The notes under the pieces: model-generated
The model's input: the letters and a program-made list of their open reading frames with translations, nothing else
Database searches by the model: none
Told to the model about the DNA's origin: nothing
Program-made: the position numbers and the translations under genes
Source: an archaeon
GTDB taxonomy: Archaea > Nanobdellota > Nanobdellia > Pacearchaeales > GW2011-AR1
DNA: 57,811 nt
Direction of reading: 5' to 3'
NCBI GenBank assembly: GCA_009992215.1
Contig: JAACWB010000007.1
Span: 1-57,811, forward strand
In this document: positions 20,401 through 28,758 of the stretch, piece after piece
How positions within the stretch are numbered: position 1 is the first letter of the stretch
Layout of the letters: each line of letters opens with the position of its first letter

Positions 20401-21243
20401 GCTCCAAAATGTTCAGATAGTGATGGCCTTAATTTTTATAATCAGGGCACAATAAATTACTTAAAGATTGATGGCAATATTGGTCAAAGATCTGATACTT
20501 GTACTGAAAACACTGCTTACATAGGATTTTCATCTGGTTCTGGAGTTTATAATTTTGATTTTATTTGTCCACCAAATATGGCAAATACGTATCCTTATTA
20601 TGGGGGTAAAATGTATGAATGTCCAGAAGGGTGTGTTGATGGAAAATGTAGGGCTCCTAAAAATGAAACATCATTTTGTGATGATTATGGATATTGCAAA
20701 CTTTATTTAGGAGATTATTTGGTCTTTGATGAATATTTGGTAATAAATGTAGATTATGTTTATACAAATGAAGGTTTAGCAATTGGAGGAGATTATAATT
20801 ATTCTGTTCCACAAAAAACTAAATTATTATTTTCTCTTGGAAATAATTTCAATATTAATTCAGGAGAGTTAAACGAAGGAAATAACTTTGAGTATAATTT
20901 TAGTAATCAAGGATTCTTCTGGATGAATATTTCTATTTTGAATTTGTTTAGTAACAGAGATAGTAATGTAGTTTATGATACGGTCGCTAAACCTTATGTT
21001 GAATTTTATTTTGATATTCCTGATTATAAAACAAATACTAAAAAAAGGAAGGTTACTGTTAGAGTTGATAAAACTAAACCCAAACCAAAAAGTACTGTTG
21101 TGTATCAAAAACCAACTGTTTTAATAAAGGTTAAAAATTTTGTTTTAGATGTTATTGATCGTGGGAGGTCTTCTGTAAAGAGTGTTAATTCTAAAGGAAA
21201 ATCTTCTTACCGGGAATATATTCCTCCCGTATCAATTCACTAG
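17446..21243 (+). CDS. large secreted/surface protein: PQQ-like beta-propeller, Ig-like region and Cys-rich CxDSD repeats
   Basis: N-terminal TM plus FTGHAI, WTMFGR, about 8 QLNASNxSQ repeats, Ser/Gly linker, 4 C[S/T]D[S/D]D...CxxGCxxGxC repeats. Confidence 0.8.
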   Translation: MNRRDKYIFGILFLVVLAVFFLNFGFKFTGHAITDSGSDNLNEWTMFGRTLNKIDWDFQNYPIISGLNNLFSTHGTTGKPIIIDGFVYVQEGGELKQLNASKVTQLISSTSLGFAGSGGPVYFDGSIYFMAYISGYKLFRLNSSNLTQVLDQFNPSGLISGNLLLRDGFIYFGDQSGRFYMLNATNFSQQNIFYYGPGTFGQEIILGDFIYATKFFNNGTLYQLNASNISQVISNINYSGSSSSLIGVSDLIYISFNKSIYQLNSSNLSQIISQYYSGEDLRDLSYSNGYFYFSSNANKLYQVNASNITQVIAINNLATSSISWSIPVNNEYCYFSDGAGIAYQVNASNVSQLIAKTPLYGESSYGFSISDNYIYGVRYNSSTNEHGLVQLNAENISLENNVNDVVFSNLNDNSGTLIDAGVAEFNVTIQDSNGTVYLNIDNQNYSAINLGGNNYEVNLTLNPGDYNYHWISFNLIDEFFSSITNSYVFTSTPVVSGGSSSSSSGGSTGLVAESYDLGDLENIDSKVINLKYGGKISFDLKNIQYNISLKNINRVIDNVTLEILPIKKDVVLKPNESQDIDLNGDLVYDLNLGVGKISVDEVEVQLALKRKPIVRTDGEPIVKSVADTSGEIKQFESVASSIFGGILDLFNTNKFKCKKIGEHIWVNNLNFCVSSKIKPTVDNLKVLIFLKKSVPFGKSFVQIEKIQKYDCNGCFSINVLVNGKSKIYNIQDWKLVDNICVPITCISDGRRCGEISDGCGRTLTCGTCSWDYVCSKEGVCIPPVVSIGCSDSDSGKNYLVQGETKDRAGTQLDYCNGNTLVEGVCSGLKKTSVNYECPNGCKGGACLPEPWCTDDDAINDIFVFGTTTNTGGPYVFNDVCDLYKNNTVTQYYCRTDKEVIGSLSSDCTFDCVNGACVKGTCSDSDLNDSKIKGTVTDYFGKHEDYCSTALTLAEGTCGAVSQGSQYKKEFIYCPYGCQDGKCLESAPKCSDSDGLNFYNQGTINYLKIDGNIGQRSDTCTENTAYIGFSSGSGVYNFDFICPPNMANTYPYYGGKMYECPEGCVDGKCRAPKNETSFCDDYGYCKLYLGDYLVFDEYLVINVDYVYTNEGLAIGGDYNYSVPQKTKLLFSLGNNFNINSGELNEGNNFEYNFSNQGFFWMNISILNLFSNRDSNVVYDTVAKPYVEFYFDIPDYKTNTKKRKVTVRVDKTKPKPKSTVVYQKPTVLIKVKNFVLDVIDRGRSSVKSVNSKGKSSYREYIPPVSIH

Positions 21244-21456
21244 TTTGTTATTTTTTAAAATTTTATAACTTTTTTGTTTGAAAATATTTGATTAAAAAGA
21301 AAACTGGTTGTTAGAATTGATAAACCTATTTTGAGATAATTTCTTAACATTTATTAATTCATTTTTCTTGTTATTTATATTAAGAGGTGACAATTACTGG
21401 AATTTGAAAATTTGAAATAAATTTTTGATAATTATTTCAGTTATAAAATTAATAAT

Positions 21457-23622
21457 ATGCCGCAAAGAAGACCTAGCGTTGATGAAGTTTTAAGGAAGTA
21501 TGGTGCAAAAATAGAAGGACAAGTAAGAACAAGTAATGTTAATACACAAGAGTTTAGTCAATCTTATGAAAAATTTAAGGGAGAAATGACTCGACAATAT
21601 TCTGGTTATGAAAAATGGTGTCATACACTTGGAAATATAATTAGACTTAAACCTTCAAAAAAAGATGAAGATAGAATAAAAAAAGCAATTGATGGGGCTC
21701 ACTTAGATGTTGAGCCTTGGCAGGCAATTGGTCTTGGGGTTATGGCTTTCATTTCTCTATTTATGTTAGGATTATTAATTTCTGTTGCGATTGCTTTAGT
21801 TAAGGGAGATTTTGCAGAATTTCCTCTTTTGTTTTTCTTTTTAGTTGTGATTTTTTCAATGTTTATTTTTTATTTTTCACAGAGTTATCCTGAAAGATTA
21901 GCAAAACTTTGGAGACTTAAAGCTTCTAGTCAAATGGTTCCAGCAATTTTGTATATCGTTGTTTACATGAGGCATACACCTAATTTAGAAAAAGCAATTG
22001 CTTTTGCTGCAGAACATTTGGAACCTCCTTTGTCGTTAGATTTTAGAAAAATATTTTATGATGTTGAAGTTGGAAAATATTCTACGATTAAAGACAGTTT
22101 AGAAATTTATTTAGAATCTTGGAGGGGCTTTTCAACGGAATTTATTGAGGGGTTTCATTTAATTGAATCAAGTTTGTTTGAGCCTGAAGAAGGAAGAAGA
22201 ATTGCAACTTTAGAAAAGGCTCTGCAAGTAGTTCTTGACGGAGTTTATGACAAGATGCTTAATTTTAGTCATGAAGTGAAAGCTCCTTTAACAAATGTTT
22301 ACATGTTGGGAGTAGTTATGCCAACACTTGGTTTAGCTTTAATCCCTTTGGCATCAGCGATGGTGGGGGGAATGTTAAATTATGTTCATGTGTTTGTATT
22401 ATTTAATTTGATTATTCCCTTTCTTGTATATTTTTTAACAGATAAAATTTTGCTTTTACGTCCTGGAGGACATGGTAATTCAAGTTTTTTAGAAAGAAAT
22501 CCCCTATACCCAAAGTTTGTTAGTAAAGAACCTTTCAAAAAAGCATTTTTGATTGCACTTCCTTTTATTTTAATTTCTTTAATCCCTCTAATCTTTCATT
22601 ATACTCCTTTACCTGAAATGATGGGACTGCAAAAGGATTATACTTTCAATCAATTGGGGCTAGGGTTTTTGGGAAGAGATGAAATGTTTTTTGGTTTCAT
22701 TGATACTCTTGATGGAACTAAGGGCCCTTTTGGACTTGGTGCTGTTTTACTTGGGATGATGTTTCCAATAGGAATAGCCTTGTTTTTTGTAACGGCTTAT
22801 CGAGAGAAAACAAAAGATTTAATTTTGGAAAGAAACAAAACAAAAGAACTTGAAAAAGAATTTAATAATTCTTTATTTCAAATAGGAAATCGATTAGGTA
22901 ATGGTGTTCCTCCTGAACTTGTTTTTAGTCGTGTTGCAGAATCAACAAAAGGACTTAGAACAGGGGAATTTTTTAGTCGAGTTAATTATAATATTCAACA
23001 ATTAGGAATGAGTGTTGAGGCTGCTGTATTTGATAAAGACCGTGGAACAATTAGATTTTTTCCTTCGCAATTAATTGCAACTTCAATGAGAGTTTTAATT
23101 GAATCCTCAAAGAAGGGATTAAAGATTGCTGCTGTTTCACTTATGAGTATTTCTGAATATATTAAGAACATAAATAAAATCACAGTTAGATTAAAAGATT
23201 TGTTAGCTGAAGTTACGAGTGATATGAAATCAAATATGACTTTTTTAGCTCCTTTACTTTCAGGAATTGTTGTTGGTTTGGCATCGATGATTACTTCTAT
23301 TTTAGGAAAACTTCAAGTTGGAGATTTAGCTGCTGGTGGAGCGGACTTAGGGGGTATTGGAGACATTGTAAATATTTTTGATTATCAATCAATGATTCCT
23401 CCTTATTTTTTACAAATTTCCGTTGGAATTTACTTAATACAAATAATATTTATTTTAACTAGCGCGCTTGTTACAATTGATGAAGGTGAAGACAAATTAG
23501 AACAAAGAAGTCAAGCTGCAGAATATTTGAAAAAAGGGATTGGTATGTTTTTTGTTACGGCACTAATTGCAACTGTAACATTATCTGTTCTTGGAACAGT
23601 TGTTTTGGGCAATTTGTTTTAG
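21457..23622 (+). CDS. type IV pilus membrane platform protein (TadC/FlaJ/T2SS-F-like)
   Basis: Multi-TM protein with two T2SSF-like cytoplasmic domains (LEKAI; GNRLGNGVPPE); in the ATPase locus. Confidence 0.8.
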   Translation: MPQRRPSVDEVLRKYGAKIEGQVRTSNVNTQEFSQSYEKFKGEMTRQYSGYEKWCHTLGNIIRLKPSKKDEDRIKKAIDGAHLDVEPWQAIGLGVMAFISLFMLGLLISVAIALVKGDFAEFPLLFFFLVVIFSMFIFYFSQSYPERLAKLWRLKASSQMVPAILYIVVYMRHTPNLEKAIAFAAEHLEPPLSLDFRKIFYDVEVGKYSTIKDSLEIYLESWRGFSTEFIEGFHLIESSLFEPEEGRRIATLEKALQVVLDGVYDKMLNFSHEVKAPLTNVYMLGVVMPTLGLALIPLASAMVGGMLNYVHVFVLFNLIIPFLVYFLTDKILLLRPGGHGNSSFLERNPLYPKFVSKEPFKKAFLIALPFILISLIPLIFHYTPLPEMMGLQKDYTFNQLGLGFLGRDEMFFGFIDTLDGTKGPFGLGAVLLGMMFPIGIALFFVTAYREKTKDLILERNKTKELEKEFNNSLFQIGNRLGNGVPPELVFSRVAESTKGLRTGEFFSRVNYNIQQLGMSVEAAVFDKDRGTIRFFPSQLIATSMRVLIESSKKGLKIAAVSLMSISEYIKNINKITVRLKDLLAEVTSDMKSNMTFLAPLLSGIVVGLASMITSILGKLQVGDLAAGGADLGGIGDIVNIFDYQSMIPPYFLQISVGIYLIQIIFILTSALVTIDEGEDKLEQRSQAAEYLKKGIGMFFVTALIATVTLSVLGTVVLGNLF

Positions 23623-23625
23623 AAA

Positions 23626-24144
23626 TTATAATTCGTTAGGGATTGCATCTGGCATACTATATCTATCTATCATAGTTTCTGTACCAATTAGTTCTCCAGA
23701 TTCATTTATCATATATAATCCAATTCTTTCTAGTCTTTTCTTTTCTGCTTCTTTTTCTATTAATGCTCTTTTATTGCTCCTATTTTTGTAACCAATATTT
23801 TTGGGACCGTCTTTTGGAAATGTTTCTTCTTTTTCTATTATAATAATATTTGTTTTTGGATCATAGAAAATTGGTTTGTTATTGTAAGTTGCAATTTTTT
23901 TTGCTTCTTCTAAATTTTTTACTTTCGCGATTATTTCTTTTGAATAAGATTCTCCACACCCTGTTGAAGGAAATAAATATTTTGCTGAGGCTTTTTGTGA
24001 ACCCATTTCTTCTTCTACTAAGAGAATATCCCCTCTTTCACTTGGAGTTAATACATATTTTTGTAAAAGGCTTTCTTGCCCCATTCCAATGAAAGGAAGG
24101 GAGCACAATGCCAATGTTGCTAAAGTTTTTTTTACTTTGTTCAT
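23626..24144 (-). CDS. hypothetical secreted protein
   Basis: Signal peptide KKTLATLALCSLPF. Confidence 0.6.
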   Translation of the reverse strand: MNKVKKTLATLALCSLPFIGMGQESLLQKYVLTPSERGDILLVEEEMGSQKASAKYLFPSTGCGESYSKEIIAKVKNLEEAKKIATYNNKPIFYDPKTNIIIIEKEETFPKDGPKNIGYKNRSNKRALIEKEAEKKRLERIGLYMINESGELIGTETMIDRYSMPDAIPNEL

Positions 24145-24262
24145 AATATTGTTAATGATATAAAGTATTTAAATGTTTCTATTTGTTGTTTCTAAGAAGG
24201 AGTAACAAAAATGCAAAATGAATTTTCAAAATCTTTATTAAACAGTTTTTCTTAATTTAGTT

Positions 24263-24427
24263 ATGATAAAGAGGTTTTGTAAAAATAAAAAGGGAATTAT
24301 TTCTGAAGCTCTTCCGTGGATTATAATTTCTATTGCTGTTTTAGTTATTTTAATGTTAACAATTTTTGTTTTGAAAGGAAAAGGGGTTTCTGTTTTAGAT
24401 AAATTAAAGGGGTTATTTAGGTTATAA
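24263..24427 (+). CDS. small pilin-like protein with class III signal peptide (54 aa, not in ORF track)
   Basis: MIKRFCKNKKG/IISEALPWIIISIAVLVILMLTIFVL; TAATG overlap with the next ORF. Confidence 0.75.
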   Translation: MIKRFCKNKKGIISEALPWIIISIAVLVILMLTIFVLKGKGVSVLDKLKGLFRL

Positions 24428-24582
24428 TGTCAGAGTTAACAGTTAATCAGCTGATAAAAATAATTATTGGAATTTTTGTAGTTGTGGTTTTAATTGGAGG
24501 ACTTTATTTGGTTTTCAAAAATAAAATTCTTAGTTTTTTTGAGAGCGTTCCCACGGGAGCGATTATTCGGAGTTTAATATGA
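24427..24582 (+). CDS. small pilin-like protein without basic leader (51 aa, not in ORF track)
   Basis: MSELTVNQLIKIIIGIFVVVVLIGGLYLVFK; coupled on both sides (TAATG, ATGA). Confidence 0.65.
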   Translation: MSELTVNQLIKIIIGIFVVVVLIGGLYLVFKNKILSFFESVPTGAIIRSLI

Positions 24583-25070
24583 AACCTAAAAAAGGTATGC
24601 TTTTAGCCAGTGAAACTTTGAAAATAATTATTGGAGTTATTTGTATTGGTTTTTTGGTTTATCTTTTAATGTCACTTTATTATTCAAAAATTGATGGACA
24701 AAATAAAGAATATGCACAAAGTTTAATTGATAGAATTAATGCAATTTTGCCGACGTTGAATTCGGAAAAGCCAACGGAGAGTATAACAGATATTAATCCT
24801 GCTGGTTGGTATATATATTCTTTTGTTGAAGGAGAAAAAAAGCCAAATCAGTGTATAGACAAGAGTTGTGTCTGTATTTGTGATGATGTTTATGAATTTG
24901 AATTTTTATTTTCTGATAAGCAAATTAAAGAATGTAGTGAAAACGGAGTTTGTCAAATTGTAACTAACTTAATGAAGTTTGAACCAATTGAAATTGTCAA
25001 ACATTCAAAGGGGGCGACAAGTATTGAATTATTTGTTCAAGGAAATTTTGTTGGGGTGAGAAAAAAATGA
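24579..25070 (+). CDS. pilin-like protein, class III signal peptide
   Basis: KKG/MLLASETLKIIIGV; Cys-rich globular domain. Confidence 0.8.
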   Translation: MKPKKGMLLASETLKIIIGVICIGFLVYLLMSLYYSKIDGQNKEYAQSLIDRINAILPTLNSEKPTESITDINPAGWYIYSFVEGEKKPNQCIDKSCVCICDDVYEFEFLFSDKQIKECSENGVCQIVTNLMKFEPIEIVKHSKGATSIELFVQGNFVGVRKK

Positions 25071-25168
25071 ACATGGATGAAATGATTAAATATTTAATTT
25101 GGGTTGTCTTTTTTATTGTGGCAATGTTTGGTATTTACCAATTGCTTGGTAAATTGGGAGTAATATAA
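25067..25168 (+). CDS. 33-aa single-TM micro-protein in the pilin operon (not in ORF track)
   Basis: MNMDEMIKYLIWVVFFIVAMFGIYQLLGKLGVI; ATGA and TAATG overlaps fill the gap exactly. Confidence 0.6.
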   Translation: MNMDEMIKYLIWVVFFIVAMFGIYQLLGKLGVI

Positions 25169-26082
25169 TGAAAAAGAAAGGTGAAATGACAACACAACAA
25201 ATTGTAACTTTGGTTATTTTAATTGCTAGCTTTATTGTGATTTTATTTTTTATATTGAGATTAAATTTGGGAGAAGAAACTGAAAAAGATGTTTGTCATA
25301 ATTCTGTTATAACTCGTGGAAGCAGTATTGTTCCGGCTGCGAGTGTTCCTTTGGATTGTAAAAGAACTTATGTTTGTATCACAAAAGATGGAACTTGTGA
25401 AAATATGACTACAAAAAATGAAATAAAAGTTAAGGATAAAAAAGAAATTTTTATTGCACTTGCAAATGAACTTAGTGATTGTTGGTGGATGTATGGTGAA
25501 GGGAAGATAAATTACGCAGAAGATGAATCTTTCTCTAAATTGCATTGTTCAGTTTGTTCACAAATAGCCTTTGATGATTCGGTTAAAGATATAATTCCTT
25601 CTGGTAATTTAAGCAAAAAAGAATTTTATCAATTCTTGGCCTTGGAAAATAAAACAGAAGGTGAAACTTATTCAATGTATTTGTTCGGAACTAATGACTT
25701 TGCAAAAAATTATCCCGGAGAATTTGGAAATATTTCTTTAGACGAACAATATTACGTTTTAACGGGAATTACTAGTGATGTTAGTACTCTTTCTTGGATT
25801 GCAATTGGTGCTGGATTGGGAATTGCAGTTCTTGCAACAGGAGGTCTTGCAGCATTAACTTTTGGGGGAATTGCAGTTGCAGGAGGAAGTGGTGCAGTTG
25901 TTGGAGGATTACTTTTGACTCCTGCTGCAGAGAAGGTTGGAGGAATAGACGGGGATTTTTCTTTTGTTGCTCCAATCATCAAAGGTGAGACTGGAAATGA
26001 GTATATCATTCCTTCTTTAGTTGAAGCAGATTCAGAGGAGTTTAATTCGTTAAATTGTAAGCGTCTTGATTCTAAAGGATAG
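25168..26082 (+). CDS. large pilin-like protein with a Gly/Ala-rich hydrophobic hairpin
   Basis: KKG/EMTTQQIVTLVIL; CWWMYGEG; glycine-zipper-like segment. Confidence 0.8.
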   Translation: MKKKGEMTTQQIVTLVILIASFIVILFFILRLNLGEETEKDVCHNSVITRGSSIVPAASVPLDCKRTYVCITKDGTCENMTTKNEIKVKDKKEIFIALANELSDCWWMYGEGKINYAEDESFSKLHCSVCSQIAFDDSVKDIIPSGNLSKKEFYQFLALENKTEGETYSMYLFGTNDFAKNYPGEFGNISLDEQYYVLTGITSDVSTLSWIAIGAGLGIAVLATGGLAALTFGGIAVAGGSGAVVGGLLLTPAAEKVGGIDGDFSFVAPIIKGETGNEYIIPSLVEADSEEFNSLNCKRLDSKG

Positions 26083-26117
26083 TTAAACTTTATTAATTAT
26101 AAATTTCTTTTTAATGT

Positions 26118-26516
26118 ATGAAGAAAAAAGGTGAGGTTTTAATTGAGAATGTTGTTTTTATAATTCTTAATTTAATTTTTTTAACAATTTTAATTCTGTT
26201 TTTATTAAAACAAGGAACGGGAGTAGTTTTGATGGAGAGAGCACATGCAAAACAAATATCTCTCTTAATTGATTCAGCTAAACCAGGAATGACTTTAAAA
26301 GTTAATTTAGAAAAATTATATGATATTTCAAAAGAAAAAAATTTTCCGTTTGATGAAACTATAAAAATTGAAAACAATATAGTCACGGTTAAACTTGATC
26401 CCGAAGGAGGTTTTTCATATCATTATTTTAATGATGTAATTGCTAATGCATATCCAGAACCAGATAATGAAGGAGGTTATACAGGAATGTATATAATAAA
26501 AATTTTGAAAAAATGA
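26118..26516 (+). CDS. pilin-like protein, class III signal peptide
   Basis: KKG/EVLIENVVFIILNLIFL. Confidence 0.8.
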   Translation: MKKKGEVLIENVVFIILNLIFLTILILFLLKQGTGVVLMERAHAKQISLLIDSAKPGMTLKVNLEKLYDISKEKNFPFDETIKIENNIVTVKLDPEGGFSYHYFNDVIANAYPEPDNEGGYTGMYIIKILKK

Positions 26517-27043
26517 AATTTACAATAAATAAACGAGGCGGAGACAAAGTAATTTCAGTTTACTGGTTTTTTGTTTTAATTTTAATTGCTGGAGGAGTAA
26601 TTTTAATGGTTAATACTTTTTATGGAGCGCCATATGACATTAGGGATTTAGAAGGAGAAGTTTTAGCTTCACACGTTGCTGATTGTATTTATTCGGGTGG
26701 AAAAATGAATCCATTACTTGTTAGTCCACAAGGAGTTTTCAAACAAGAATTTCAAGATAATTTTTTAGAAAGGTGTGATTTGAATTTTGATAAACAAGGG
26801 GAGTTTGAGGAAATTCAATATTATGTAAAGGTTTCATTTTTGGAGAGGGGAGAAAAAAATCAAAACAGGTTTGTTTTAGAAGGTGGAAATACTAATTGGG
26901 TAAATGATTGTGTTATTGATACAACTAAAAAAAGATTTACTAAATGTGTTCAAAAAGAGTTTTGGGTTTTGAATGAGAATGACAGAGCTTATTTAGTTAA
27001 GATAGATACAGTTATTGGGAAGGTTGAAGAGAATGTTAAATAA
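26513..27043 (+). CDS. pilin-like protein, class III signal peptide
   Basis: NKRG/GDKVISVYWFFVLILIAGG. Confidence 0.75.
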   Translation: MKFTINKRGGDKVISVYWFFVLILIAGGVILMVNTFYGAPYDIRDLEGEVLASHVADCIYSGGKMNPLLVSPQGVFKQEFQDNFLERCDLNFDKQGEFEEIQYYVKVSFLERGEKNQNRFVLEGGNTNWVNDCVIDTTKKRFTKCVQKEFWVLNENDRAYLVKIDTVIGKVEENVK

Positions 27044-27368
27044 AAAAGGACAAATTGGGGACACTATAACTTGGGTAGTTGCAACAATTGTAATTGTTGT
27101 CGTTTTAATGTTTTTTATTTTTGGTTCTTCAATGCTTGCTTCAACAAAAAGTGTTGGAAAATATAAAAGTTCTTTAATTTCCACTTCTTCTTTTGTTGGG
27201 GATGATATATTTTTGAAAAAAAGTTTAGAATCTTATATTATGATAAAAGATTCAACTACCAAAAGTAAAATTGATAAGGATTTAGTTAAAAAAGAAATGG
27301 AGAAAAAATTCAAACTTTCTTTAAATGAAACAAGGGGAGAAATGAATAGGAGATATAATTTAGAATGA
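27033..27368 (+). CDS. pilin-like protein, class III signal peptide
   Basis: MLNKKG/QIGDTITWVVATIVIVVVL. Confidence 0.8.
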   Translation: MLNKKGQIGDTITWVVATIVIVVVLMFFIFGSSMLASTKSVGKYKSSLISTSSFVGDDIFLKKSLESYIMIKDSTTKSKIDKDLVKKEMEKKFKLSLNETRGEMNRRYNLE

Positions 27369-27724
27369 ATAAAAAATTAAATTTTCAAAATAAGAAAGGA
27401 GATGTTCCTATAACTCTATTAGTAATTGGGGTTTTTGCGATTTGCACTTTAGCATTACTCACTTTTTTTATTGCTGATTTTAAGATGTCAAATTCTTTTG
27501 TTGGGGTTACAAAGATGCAGCAAATGAATGCAGCAATTGATGAATATTTGTGGTACAAGAATAAAGGAATTAGTGAAGAAACACTCGATAAATTATTTAA
27601 TTTTACTTATGAAGACGGAATAAAGTATTTTTATTTTGAACAAACTTACAACAAAGATTTGTTTGCTAGAATTAAAGGAGAGGACACTTTGATTTTTTCT
27701 GCAAAATATCCTGTTCCTAATTAA
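27365..27724 (+). CDS. pilin-like protein, class III signal peptide
   Basis: NKKG/DVPITLLVIGVFAIC. Confidence 0.8.
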   Translation: MNKKLNFQNKKGDVPITLLVIGVFAICTLALLTFFIADFKMSNSFVGVTKMQQMNAAIDEYLWYKNKGISEETLDKLFNFTYEDGIKYFYFEQTYNKDLFARIKGEDTLIFSAKYPVPN

Positions 27725-27775
27725 TCGGTAAGTTTTATAAAGTATTTTAGCTATAAATTATCATTGAGGTGAAAG

Positions 27776-28225
27776 ATGAAAAATAAAAAAGCTCAAGGAA
27801 TGAGTACGAATACTATTATTCTATTAATTTTAGGTATCGCTGTTTTAGTTGTTTTAATTTTAGGATTTACAATGGGTTGGCAAAAAGTTGCACCTTTTAT
27901 TTCAGGTTCTAATGTTGATACAATTTCTTCTTCATGTCAAGCTGCATGTTCTACTGGTTCAAAATATGATTTTTGTACTGCTGAAAGAGAATTAAAAGAT
28001 TTGGAGAAAAACAAGATAAAAACAAGTTGTACTGTTTTTTCAGGGGAAAAATCTTTAGCTAAGTATGGAATTCAAACCTGTGCTATTGACTGTAAAAAAC
28101 CTTGTAACCAAATTATGATTAATGGGGCTGCAGGAATTAAAACAGATTCTGGACAAACTGGAAAATATGATGTAACCTTCCTTGCAAATGATTTAGTGGA
28201 AGGTCAACTTTGTTTGATTAATTAA
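27776..28225 (+). CDS. pilin (candidate major pilin), Cys-rich
   Basis: KKA/QGMSTNTIILLILGIAVLVVL; own TATA box (TTTATAAA) and GAGGTGA ribosome-binding site. Confidence 0.82.
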   Translation: MKNKKAQGMSTNTIILLILGIAVLVVLILGFTMGWQKVAPFISGSNVDTISSSCQAACSTGSKYDFCTAERELKDLEKNKIKTSCTVFSGEKSLAKYGIQTCAIDCKKPCNQIMINGAAGIKTDSGQTGKYDVTFLANDLVEGQLCLIN

Positions 28226-28226
28226 A

Positions 28227-28526
28227 ATGAAAGAAAAAAAATTTCTTTTACCAAAAATTTCTTTTTATTTATCGTTAATTAGTCCAGTTTTTTTGTTACT
28301 TGTTGCATTTGGAGTTAAATTGATTTCAATTTTTTTCTTAATTTTTGTTGTTGGTTCAAGTCTAGCTTCAATTGTTACTGGAATTGTTTCATTAATTAAA
28401 ATTTCTAGTAAAAAATTAAAGAAAGGAATGGGATTTTCCATAACTGCAATAATTTTAGGTTCTTTCTTTTTTATTATTTGGATTTTTGGTTTTATTTATG
28501 CTATTGCTCTAATGCCTACTTTTTAG
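28227..28526 (+). CDS. small membrane protein (DUF4190-like)
   Basis: Three TM segments; GIVSL..I...K.KGMGFSITAIILG. Confidence 0.6.
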   Translation: MKEKKFLLPKISFYLSLISPVFLLLVAFGVKLISIFFLIFVVGSSLASIVTGIVSLIKISSKKLKKGMGFSITAIILGSFFFIIWIFGFIYAIALMPTF

Positions 28527-28560
28527 AAACTAATTTAAATTTAATTTTATTATTTTAATT

Positions 28561-28731
28561 ATGTCAGATGATTATGTTTGTGGTGGAAATAGAAATAAGA
28601 AAAAGGATAAACGTAGAGAAAAAAAGAAGAATCCATATAAATCCGGTGGGAAGTTTAGGGCTTCTTCTGTAAAAGAGACTGATAACAGTTCAAAAAAAGT
28701 AACTAATATGAAAAAGAAAAAGAAGAAGTAA
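28561..28731 (+). CDS. small, highly basic protein (56 aa, not in ORF track)
   Basis: MSDDYVCGGNRNKKKDKRREKKKNPYKSGGKFR...KKKKKK; TATA-like box about 25 nt upstream. Confidence 0.55.
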   Translation: MSDDYVCGGNRNKKKDKRREKKKNPYKSGGKFRASSVKETDNSSKKVTNMKKKKKK

Positions 28732-28758
28732 TTTAAACTATTTTTCTTTAATTTTGTT

